DNA from: Blasia pusilla
Lineage: Eukaryota
Reading direction: 5' to 3'
NCBI GenBank assembly: GCA_050084515.1
Contig: CM114271.1
Span: 46,562,001 to 46,626,000 of the forward strand
Length of the DNA stretch: 64,000 bases
Under the pieces are notes generated by a model. That model was given only the letters and a program-made list of their open reading frames with translations. It ran no database searches and was not told the DNA's origin. The number at the start of each line of letters is the position of its first letter. Positions within the stretch are counted from its first letter, which is position 1. A program made the position numbers and the translations under genes. Shown piece by piece: positions 53,453 through 64,000 of this stretch.

Positions 53453-56400
53453 TGTCGTGCGAATCCACATCGTCATACAACATACATCGCTGACATACCA
53501 TACGCACATACATACATAACATAGACGAGAGTATCCACAAAGGCAAGTGTACCACAATTGAAATGCGTGAAAGACCTACTGTCATAAAACACGTTTACAA
53601 TCACATACAATCGAGCAAAGCCCACTCCACGATGGGAGAATCTAGGTCGAAGCTTGCGGGAAACACCATAGCCAAGAGCTCTACTCACTACCAAGGCTAA
53701 CTCCCAAGCATAGCAGGCTCAACTCAAAGAATGATGTTCTTTGAGGGCAAGCCACCTTATATCCTCCAACCTAAGAGCGGGCCCTACTAGGAAAGTCACC
53801 CCCAAGTGAGTAACCCCCAACCCTATGTATGGAACCACATCTCTACCAAGCCACTACGGTCCTACATAAGGAATGGCCTCTACCAAAGACACCATACTCT
53901 ACGACATAATCCGTATGGTCATGGCGGTGTCGTGCGAATCCACATCGTCATACAACATACATCGCTGACATACCATACGCACATACATACATAACATAGA
54001 CGAGAGTATCCACAAACGCAAGTGTACCACAACTCGCCCCCCTAACTGGCGGTTAGGTCCCTCTAACTCCCAGGTAGCCCTATACATCTACTACATGCTA
54101 TACACCTTCTTGGGTGCCCGAATCAGAAGGCCGGGTGCTAGGTTGCCCCATCGTTAGTCGCACATCGTAATCCATATCATGCAAAGATCAAGTCATCTAC
54201 CTCTCCTAAGTACATCGAGGACAAACCCACCTTCCAGTAGGAACAACATCCAAACGTGGAGTCAAACACATCATGTGCCAACCCCTAGAACACCGATCAC
54301 ACACCAACATACGGGTTGCGTTACCAGCAGACCCACACAACATGCACCTCAAGCTAGCACGTATCATGGCTAAGCTTGGGTCAACAATACCATCCACATT
54401 TGGAAGATGACATGGCGCACAATTACGCACATGGTCCTTCCAAACAACTCCATCACGACCCTCCAACATGAGAACTCGAAGCTAACACCTCACACACTCG
54501 TAAAATAGTGCGGCTGCCATCACATCCAACGTTGTCGGGCAATCTGCTGCAAATAGACATAGTCCCCACATGGAACCTACTGAATCGATGGTAGATAACC
54601 TCCACTCGAATGGTTGCATACCGCAACGTATCCTGTGTTGAGCAATGGCAAGATTCTCAAAGGTTGTTGGCATAACTCTCCGAAGAGCTCCGCCCCGAGA
54701 ACACACCCTCATCCACATCTCGGGTCATCAAGGTTCACCACCTCACTAGACTCGACAATTCTTTCTTTGGCAAGTCAAGATCTCGACCGTATAACAGAAA
54801 ATAAGGTGAGAAGGAAGCCAAGGATGCTTGGCGATCGAACCTATATCCCATGGCTAACCATGGCAAGCTCGAATATCCTGTCTCCAAGATGCCCTTCAGA
54901 GGCCATACTTGCGCAATGCCCTCTTCACCGTCGAACCACATGCTCAGCCAAACCATCCGCCTCTGGATGATCTCGAGGCGTGGTCCGATGATCAATCAAC
55001 GCCTTGTCACACAAGACATGAAACTCACCTGAAACTCAGACCCTGGTCGGTCAAGACACTTCAGTGGTGCACCAAAATGACTAAGCACTCTATCCAAACG
55101 CATACGCCGTTCCTCACTTGCCTTGTCCGGTAATGCCACCAACTCAATCCACTTGGAGAAGTGCTCCACCATCACCAACACATATCGATGATGTAAATGC
55201 GGTGAACGGTAACGGTCCCGCAAAGTCCACACTCCAACGGTAACCCAACCCCATAATAGGCAAGGGGTGTAATTGTGGTGTAGGGGCATTAAATGATGCC
55301 CTCACCGGTCACAAACCATACAACGTGACACGAATGCTGCACCTGAGTATGCATGCCACGCCACCAATCTTGGCCAAGGAGTAAGCTATACGCACGCTTT
55401 ACCCCAAAATGTCCCAACTCCTCATGGACATGTCGCACAATCGCTCTCTCTCGAGCCAAATGTGGCACTACTCGTACTCTACCATCCTCCCACACGCGGA
55501 GAATATGTGTTCCCTCAATCGATACCTCTTAGCACGTTGAAGAACACGGTCTCGCTCCTTGGCACTCACTATGCCTGGCACCCTCTTTGGTCCGTAGGAA
55601 CTCCAACACCAACGCATCATCATGAATATCACGCTGATCCGTACCACCATCTCCAACCTTAGGATCTGAAGGCTGGCCGTCTACCCTCTGACTAGAGTAA
55701 GATATCATGTGGTCCTCCATACTAGAGTCCACCCCTAACCAACATAAAAAGGCGGATGCATGCCAACCTGGCACCATCTCCTCATCAACCTCGCCATGCC
55801 ATCTAGCCCCAGTTGTATCCTCTTGGCTAGTACATGGGTTCCTACTCAACCCATCAACATCAAGGTTGGCAACTCCAGGTCTATGTACCACCTGGAAGTC
55901 ATACTCCTGTAAGATAAGAGCCCACCGTGCAAGCTTCCTTGTAAGCTTGTCCGACTCCATCAACCACTTGAGCGGCCGGTGATCAGTAACAAGGGTAAAC
56001 TGTGTGCCAAACAAGTAACACCTAAAGTGTGCCACAGCCCACACTATTGCCAAGCACTCTCCCTCATATGAACTATAGCGCGACTCCGCTGCATTATTCG
56101 AACGACTTGCATAGGCCACCACAAACTCCATGTGCTCATCATCATATTGTGTCAACACCGCTCCAAGTCCCAACCTACTCCAATCAGTGTGTAACTGGAA
56201 TGGGCGCCCTCTGATAGGTCTCCTCAAGATAGGCGCCGCCACCAACTGGGCCTTAAGCTCCACAAAAGCTCTCTCTTGATCATCTCCCCAGTGCCACTCT
56301 TGATATGATTTCAGCAATTGGTTCAAAGGCTTTGCCATAGCACTAAATCCCTTCACATACCTCCGATAGTAGTTCGCCAATCCCATGAATGCTCGAACTC

Positions 56401-59400
56401 TACTCACATCTACCGGACGCGGAATAAGTGCAATAGCCTCCACCTTTGCTTGCTGAACTCCCAAACCACCTGGATAGATCACATAACCCAAGTACTCAAC
56501 ATCCTCATGGAAGAACTTACACTTTCCTGGATGCAAACGTAGACCATGAGCTTTCAACCGCTCAAACACCATCTGCAAATGTATTTGATGCTCCTCCACC
56601 GTGTTACTGAACACCAAGATATCATCAATGTAACACCGAACAAAATCCAACCCTGCTAGGATCCTGTCCATCACTCTTTGAAACTCGGAAGGTGCATTCT
56701 TCAACCCAAAGGGTAAGAATTTCCACTGGTACAAACAATCCTTGCCATGAGAGTTGACATCCCAAAATCGTTGTCTTGGCCTTGTCACTCTCCCGAATCG
56801 GCAATTGATGGTATCCTGCCCGAAGATCCAAAGTACTGAAAATCTTTGCCTGTCCCACCACATCAAAGATCTCCTCAGGTGTAGGCATGGCATACCTATC
56901 GGCCTTGGTTTGCCGATTGATAGGACGGTAATCTCCACACATCCGCCTATCCGTGTAGTTGCCATGCATATCCTTTTTAGCAGGCATGATAGTGGTTGAT
57001 GCATACTCTCCATGCGACAACTCCACTAATCCAGCCTCCAAAAGGTCCAACGTCCTACTCTGAATCAAGTCCCTCTCCATATCACTATATCGGTAGGGAC
57101 GACAGAAGATTGGCGTATCACTAGCCAAATCAATCCGTATACCGGGTCCAACCAGAGAACCCAACTCCTTCATGCTAAAGGCAAAACAACTCCTATAAGC
57201 ACGTAGGAGGCTGTGTCAGCGTCGTTTCTCACCTCCCGTAGCTTGGGCCCAAGTAATGGCTCCCAAGTCTCCTCCTTTGGCACACTAGAGGGAGAGGCGA
57301 TGCCATTGTCTGCTCATAACCCCCTCACAAGATGGTACACCCTTAGCTACACCATCATCCGAGCAAATAACTCCTCCACCAAAGCATGAGCAACCAACTC
57401 CACATGCCCACCATTACATCCCATCTACTCCAAGGATGCAAAATACTACTCTCCTCTTGACCGATGCCTCTACCGTCCCGGTAGCCATCGAGCTCATTAC
57501 AAGGGGTGGAAGACCCATGACATAGTCCGAAGTCGATTTGCTCGGCCATACCAAGACTCAAAATCCAAGTCAAACAATTCAGGTCCATGGCGACCCAACA
57601 CATGACGTCGTGAAGCCTCGAAATAGAAGCAACATTTGTCACACCGATGCAAATCCCATCGCACGCTCTCTCTCATCAGCGTTAGGCTCCACCAATTGTC
57701 GCACATGAGAATCCCATACAAGCCCCCAGGACCACCTTCCTGTAGGCATGTGACGAGGAAAACTCACAAATGTGGGTAGTGCCATCTAGGGGTGGCCCAC
57801 ACGGTTCACCTTGCCATGGGTGACCGATCAATAACCCTCACCACTTGAGAAAGTCGCCCAAGATATCAAGATACTATCCATTGTAAGGCGAGATCATTGC
57901 CTTTGCATCATATGCTCGACGTAGAACCTCCCTAGGCAACAAGTTTGTCCACCACAAGCGTGGGCGATGTGCACGTGAGCCAACTCGCATTGCATCCAAC
58001 AACACCGCTGGTCCAATCCAAGACCGCACCTCATGAACACTCGCCATCATCCGGGTCCGAGTGTCACCCAACAATGGAACATTCTCCAAAATGCTAAGCT
58101 AGAGCACGCGCTTGCGATGAACATTGAAGATGTCGTAACACCCGTAACATCTCCCAAAACAATCGAGCTAGGGTCATGTAATCCCTCACCACGACCAAAG
58201 ACGTGTATGACATCTCGACATGGCCATCCGATGCAAATCACCAAATCCACAGGACCAACCTCTCAAGGTCCTGCGCTCAACAATGCAATGTGTGATGGTA
58301 AAGCATCGGTACCCACGAATAGCTAATGGCGGCAACAATGGGGGGATACCTCCATCAAGCGACCAATATGTGGATGAGACTCTCGGTGGGCGACCGTCTC
58401 ATCTCGCTCCACATACACGTATATCCCTAAGAGGAATACCGGCTGCAACATGGATGCATTACCAAACGTGCTGATCCCACCAAAGAGATCTAACACACAA
58501 ATTGCCCTATGTTGGCGAGTGGGATCTTGCCATACAATGGGTGTAGTATCCAAAGGGGATAACCCAATAGAGTCTTGTTAGGAGTCCGTGGGGTCTCCTC
58601 TTTGATGGGGAAAGCGGCATGACCTCACACCAAGCCTCTGCACTAGGCTTGAGCCTTGCCCATTCTAGATTCAAACATCAAAGTGGCACATCCAACGATG
58701 AGGATGCCAATTCTGCAAAAATAGGGACCTCCTCTACCTCCTCATGAGGAGAATCCATAGCAGAAACATAACCCTCCAAAAGTCTCTGGCCAAGTGACTA
58801 CTCCACTAAAACCACCCGTATGATGCTAACATTGTTGGGGAAGACCCTCCTAGTCGAGCCCCCAAATAAATCTCAGATGGAACTTGGCTCATACGTCCAT
58901 CCCCGGATTGCCAACCAGGTCTGTAAGACGTTGTCTCGATTTATTTAATCCATCTGAAAACCCATCGGGTCTTCTCCTCCAACTAGTACATCATACGACT
59001 GGTTTTAGTGGATGTGACTCACTTGGCAGATATTCCCAAGGGAGCTTTCGCGTCGCATGATTGGTCTCAATGAGGTACAAAAAACTTCTCCCTATCATGA
59101 ATTGAGATCTATCATTGGCTCCTCCAAGTGATGTTTGAATCTAGAATGGGCAAGGCTCAAGTTCGCCCTCGAATACCCCAAACCAATACATGCCGCCTTG
59201 CCCAACATCAAGGGCTGCGCTCCTGAGTCTAACAAGACTCTATCCGGTCTATACACTGCCTTGTAGGACTCACCAATCGGAAGATCCCACTCCGGTTGTC
59301 CAACATACATACACCAGGTGTAAGCCTTCACGATCAATGGTTGGCCGTCGATGTAATGCATCCATCTTCGCGGTATTCTGCCTGCCGGAAGTAACGTGGT

Positions 59401-59735
59401 ACTCAATGCTACACGAGATAGAGGGTCGCTCACCGCAACATCCTCATCCACCTCAACACGTGAGCAAGAATACACCCCCATGTTCACACAACCGCTATTA
59501 GCTGAAATGGGTACCAGGAGCTAAGTCAACTCCTAAAGCCATCACATTGCATTGAAAAAATGGGGGGAACACCGGTTGCCATCCGTCATCTGATGGATTT
59601 GCATCCGTGTCTACTGGACACCAATGTAGATGCCTCGGTCCCCCCGTCTGCCGGCTCAATAGGTGAGGAACCATGGATGGAGTCCTTGTTTTGGACAACA
59701 AGAATGACGGGAAGCGACATCTCGAGGTTCAATAC
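53453..59735 (-). mobile_element. Nested inverted copy of the same family (5'-truncated): PR, DNMT, RT, RH, INT, PHD, B1-A2-B2
   Basis: Protease VLLDSGAQ (~59230); DNMT 57550-58510; RT YIDD; RH DWS...EGECLA; INT; PHD 54209-54345. PPT 54032-54045, B1 53928-54031, A2 53559-53926, B2 53453-53556. Its repeat variants differ from those of the outer copy. Confidence 0.85.
57550..58510 (-). pseudogene. C5 DNA cytosine methyltransferase domain within the gypsy pol (frameshifted)
   Basis: Motifs in canonical order: I VLDLFGGIS, IV DLVICIGWPC...GEGLHDPSS, VI ENVP, VIII DAMRVGSRAHRPRLWWTNL, IX-X EPNADERER.MGF / RRHVLG..MDLNCLTWIL. Confidence 0.85.
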
Positions 59736-59749
59736 CGTGCTCTAGCTTA

Positions 59750-60300
59750 CATTTTGGATAATGTTCCATTGTTGGGTGACACTCGGACCGGATGATGGCG
59801 AGTGTTCATGAGGTGCGGTCTTGGATTGGACCAGCGGTGTTGTTGGATGCAACGCGAGTTGGCTCAGCGTGCACATCGCCCACGCTTGTGGTGGACAAAC
59901 TTGTTGCCTAGGGAGGTTCTCGTCGAGCATATGATGCAAAGGGCGGGATCTCGCCTTACAATGGATAGTATCTTGGATCTTGGGCGACTTTCTCAAGTGG
60001 TGAGGGTTATTGATCGGTCACCCATGGCGGTGGTGAACGTGTGTGGGCGGCCTACGATGGCACTACCCACATTTGTGAGTTTTCCTCGTCACATGCCTAC
60101 AGGGAAGGTGGTCAGGGCTTGTATGGGATTCTCATGTGCGACAATTGGTGGAGCCTAACGCTGATGAGAGAGAGCGTGCGATGGGATTTGCTCGGTGGTG
60201 TGACAGCGGTTGCTTCTATTTTACGAGGCTTCACGACGTCATGTGTTGGGTCAGGCCATGGACCTGGAATTGTTTGACTTGGATTTTGAGTCTTGGTATG
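59750..60300 (+). pseudogene. C-terminal half of the DNMT domain in the outer copy
   Basis: DNVPLLGD, RAHRPRLWWTNL, EPNADERERAMGF and HVLGQAMDL fragments across frameshifts. Confidence 0.8.
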
Positions 60301-60540
60301 GCGAGCGTCGACTTCGGACTATGTCGTGGGTCTTCCACCCCTTGTAATGAGCTCGATGGCTACCGGGGACGGTAGAGGCATCGGTGGGGCGCAGGAGAGT
60401 AGTATTTTGCATCCTTGGAGTAGATGGGATGTAATGGTGGGCATGTGGAGTTGGTTGCTCATGTTGGTGGAGGAGTTATTTGCTCAGATGATGGTGTAGC
60501 TAAGGGTGTACCATCTTGTGAGGGGGTTGCGTAGCAGCCA

Positions 60541-63500
60541 ATGGCATCGTCCTCTCCCTCTAGTGTGCCAGTGGAGGAGACTTGGGAGCCATTACTTGGG
60601 CCCAAGCTTACGGGAGGTGAGAAACGACGCTTGACACAGTTCCTACGTGCTTATAGGAGTTGTTTTGCCTTTAGCATGAAGGAGTTGGGTTCTCTGGTTG
60701 GACCCGGTATACGGATTGATTTGGCTAGTGATACGCCAATCTTCCGTCGTCCCTACCGATATAGTGATATGGAGAGGGACTTGATTCAGAGTAGGACGTT
60801 GGACCTTTTGGAGGCTGGATTAGTGGAGTTGTCGCATGGAGAGTATGCATCAACCACTATCATGCCTGCTAAAAAGGATATGCATGGCAACTACACGGAT
60901 AGGCGGATGTGTGGAGATTACCGTCCTATCAATCGGCAAACCAAGGCCGATAGGTATGCCATGCCTACACCTGAGGAGATCTTTGATGTGGTGGGACAGG
61001 CAAAGATTTTCAGTACTTTGGATCTTCGAGCAGGATACCATCAATTGCCGATTCGGGAGAGTGACAAGGCCAAGACAAAGACATTTTGGGGTGTCAACTC
61101 TCATGGCAAGGATTGTTTGTACCAGTGGAAATTCTTACCCTTTGGGTTGAAGAATGCACCTTCCGAGTTTCAAAGAGTGATGGACAGGATCCTAGCAGGG
61201 TTGGATTTTGTTCGGTGTTACATTGATGATATCTTGGTGTTCAGTAACACGGTGGAGGAGCATCAAATACATTTGCAGATGGTGTTTGAGCGGTTGAAAG
61301 CTCATGGTCTACGTTTGCATCCAGGAAAGTGTAAGTTCTTCCATGAGGATGTTGAGTACTTGGGTTATGTGATCTATCCAGGTGGTTTGGGAGTTCAGCA
61401 AGCAAAGGTGGAGGCTATTGCACTTATTCCGCGTCCGGTAGATGTGAGTAGAGTTCGAGCATTCATGGGATTGGCGAACTACTATCGGAGGTATGTGAAG
61501 GGATTTAGTGCTATGGCAAAGCCTTTGAACCAATTGCTGAAATCATATCAAGAGTGGCACTGGGGAGATGATCAAGAGAGAGCTTTTGTGGAGCTTAAGG
61601 CCCAGTTGGTGGCGGCGCCTATCTTGAGGAGACCTATCGAGGGCGCCCATTCGATTACACACCGATTGGAGTAGGTTGGGACTTGGAGCGGTGTTGACAC
61701 AATATGATGATGAGCACATGGAGTTTGTGGTGGCCTATGCAAGTCGTTCGAATAATGCAAATGGAGTCGCGCTATAGTTCATATGAGGGAGAGTGCTTGG
61801 CAATAGTGTGGGTGTGGGCACACTTTAGGTGTTACTTGTTTGGCACACAGTTTACCCTTGTGTTGATCACCGCCGCTCAAGTGGTTGATGGAGTCGGACA
61901 AGCTTACAAGGAAGCTTGCACGGTGGGCTCTTATCTTACAGGAGTATGACTTCCAGGTGGTACATAGACCTGGAGTTGCCAACCTTGATGTTGATGGGTT
62001 GAGTAGGAACCCATGTACTAGCCAAGAGGATACAACTGGGGCTAGATGGCATGGCGAGGTTGATGAGGAGATGGTGCCAGGTTGGCATGCATCCGCCTTT
62101 TATGTTGGTTAGGGGTGGACTCTAGTATGGAGGACCACATGATATCTTACTCTAGTCAGAGGGTAGACGGCCAGCCTTCAGATCCTAAGGTTGGAGATGG
62201 TGGTACGGATCAGCGTGATATTCATGATGATGCGTTGGTGTTGGAGTTCCTACGGACCAGTAGGGTGCCAGGCATAGTGAGTGCCAAGGAGCGAGACCGT
62301 GTTCTTCAACGTGCTAAGAGGTATCGATTGGAGGGAACACATATTCTCCGCGTGTGGGAGGATGGTAGAGTACGAGTAGTGCCACATTTGGCTCGGAGAG
62401 AGCGATTGTGACAGCGACATGTCCATGAGGAGTTGGGACATTTTGGGGTAAAGCGTACGTATAGCTTACTCCTTGGCCAGATTGGTGGCGTGGCATGCAT
62501 ACTCAGGTGCAGCAGATTAGTGTCACGTTGTATGGTTTGTGACCGGGTGAGGGCATCATTTAATGCCCCTACACCACAATTACACACCCTTGCCTATTAT
62601 GGGGTTGGGTTACCGTTGGAGTGTGGACTTTGCGGGACCGTTACGTTCAGCATGCGACATCATCGATATGTGTTGGTGATGGTGGAGCACTTCTCCAAGT
62701 GGATTGAGTTGGTGGCATTACCGGACAAGGCAAGTGAGGGAACGGCGTATGCGTTTCTGGATAGAGTGCTTAGTCATTTTGGTGCACCAGCTGAAGTGCT
62801 GACCGACCAGGGTACAGAGTTTCAGGGTGAGTTTCAGGTCTTGAGTGACAAGGCGTTGATTGATCATCGGACCACGTCTCGAGATCATCCAGGGGCGGAT
62901 GGTTTGGCTGAGCGTGTGGTTCAGACGGTGAAGAGGGCATTGCGCAAGTATGGCCTCTGAAGCGGCATCTTGGAGACAGGATGTTCAGTTGCCATGGTTA
63001 GCCATGGGGTATAGGTTCAGTCGCCAAGCATCCTTGGCTTCCTTCTCACCTTATTTTCTGTTATATGGTCGAGATCCTGACTTGCCAGCAGCAATTCGTC
63101 AGGAGTCTAGTGAGGTGGTGAACCTTGATGACCCAGAGATGTGGATGAGGGTTTGTTCTCAGCGGGCGGAGCTCTTCCGGAGAGTTATGCCAACAACCTT
63201 TGAGAATCTTGCCATTGCTCAACACAGGGATACGTTGCGGTATGCAACCATTCGAGGTGGAGGTTATCGACCATCGATTCGTAGGTTCCATGTGGAGAAC
63301 TATGTCTATTTGCAGCAGATTGCACCGACAACGTTGGATGTGACGGCAGGCCGCACTATTTTACGAGTGCGCGAGGTGTTAGCTTCTGGAGTTCTCATGT
63401 TGGAGGGTTGTGATGGAGTTGTTTGGAAGGACCATGTGCGTAATTGTGCGCCATGTCATCTTCCAAATGTGGATGGTACTGTTGACCCAAGCTTAGCCAT

Positions 63501-63660
63501 GATACGTGCTAGCTTGAGGTGCATGTTGTGTGCATCTGCTGGTAACGCAGCCCGTATGTTGGTGTGTGATCGGTGTTCTAGGGGTTGGCACATGATGTGT
63601 TTGACTCCACGTTTGGATGTTGTTCCTACTGGAAGGTGGGTTTGTCCTCGATGTACTTAG
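60541..63660 (+). pseudogene. pol: RT, RNase H, integrase and PHD finger (several frameshifts)
   Basis: RMCGDYRPIN, FSTLDLRAGYHQ, LPFGLKNAP, YIDD; RH EGECLAIVW; HHCC zinc region (HEELGHFG...CMVC); catalytic core VEHFSKW, LTDQGTEF, GLAER; terminal C4HC3 PHD CMLC...CDRC..GWHMMC...WVCPRC. Confidence 0.93.
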
Positions 63661-64000
63661 GAGAGGTAGATGACTTGATCTTTGCATGATATGGATTACG
63701 GATGTGCGACTAACGATGGGGCAACCTAGCACCCGGCCTTCGATTCGGGCACCCAAGAAGGTGTATAGCATGTAGTAGATGTATAGGGCTACAGGAGTTA
63801 GAGGGACCTAACCGCTTGATTAGGGGGCGAGTTGTGGTTTTGTGTGTTTGTGGATACTCTCGTCTATGTTATGTATGTATGTGAGTATGGTATGTCAACG
63901 ATGTATGTTGTATGACGATGTGGATTCGCACGACATTTGTCATGACCATACGGATTATGTCGTAGAGTATGGTGTGCTAGTAGAGGCCATTCCTTATGTA

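Larger units (their letters stand above)
50035..64000 (+). mobile_element. Ty3/gypsy-type retrotransposon with DNMT and PHD domains and split direct repeats (outer copy; right end beyond the window)
   Basis: A1 50035-50400, leader, gag ~51850-53452, then (after the nested copy) DNMT C-half, RT, RH, INT and PHD at 59736-63660. PPT 63821-63832, B1 63833-63935, A2 from 63938, identical to A1 over the 63 visible bases. Confidence 0.9.

Noticed and set aside
57550-58510. Bacterial restriction-modification methylase or contamination
   Set aside because: The domain is embedded at the same position in two retrotransposon copies within intron-containing plant DNA, and no partner nuclease is seen.
50035-64000. 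Classification as DIRS/Ngaro because of the split repeats and a methyltransferase
   Set aside because: Protease, gypsy-type RT/RH and rve integrase are present and no tyrosine recombinase is seen. The MTase has C5 (PC/ENV) motifs, not the adenine-MTase type found in DIRS.
1-64000. CRISPR arrays, tRNA or rRNA genes
   Set aside because: No regularly spaced repeat-spacer array or recognisable structural RNA gene was seen by eye.

Overview
Eukaryotic, TE-rich window from a plant, probably a bryophyte or other non-seed lineage (inference). It holds two spliced host genes: a BREVIS RADIX-like gene (+, 25422-27810) and a DUF707 family gene (-, 32671-37001). Around them are a decayed Helitron RepHel, mini-Helitron ends, a CRE-like RLE non-LTR retrotransposon, a copia remnant, hAT-type MITEs and many copies of one unusual Ty3/gypsy lineage, which is the main finding. 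(1) Its polyprotein carries a C5 DNA cytosine methyltransferase domain between protease and RT. (2) Its integrase ends in a PHD finger. (3) It has split direct repeats A1-internal-PPT-B1-A2-B2 instead of two ordinary LTRs. The B1-A2-B2 end occurs in two sequence-distinct subfamilies, and a solo A+B unit is flanked by a 4-bp TSD. (4) It lacks a tRNA PBS and has a Tf1-like self-priming complementarity. Together these suggest a DDE-integrase retrotransposon that may integrate through a circular or permuted-LTR intermediate. The 53.4-59.7 kb part is indel-rich and may be partly misassembled. All domain calls are by eye; no database searches were run.
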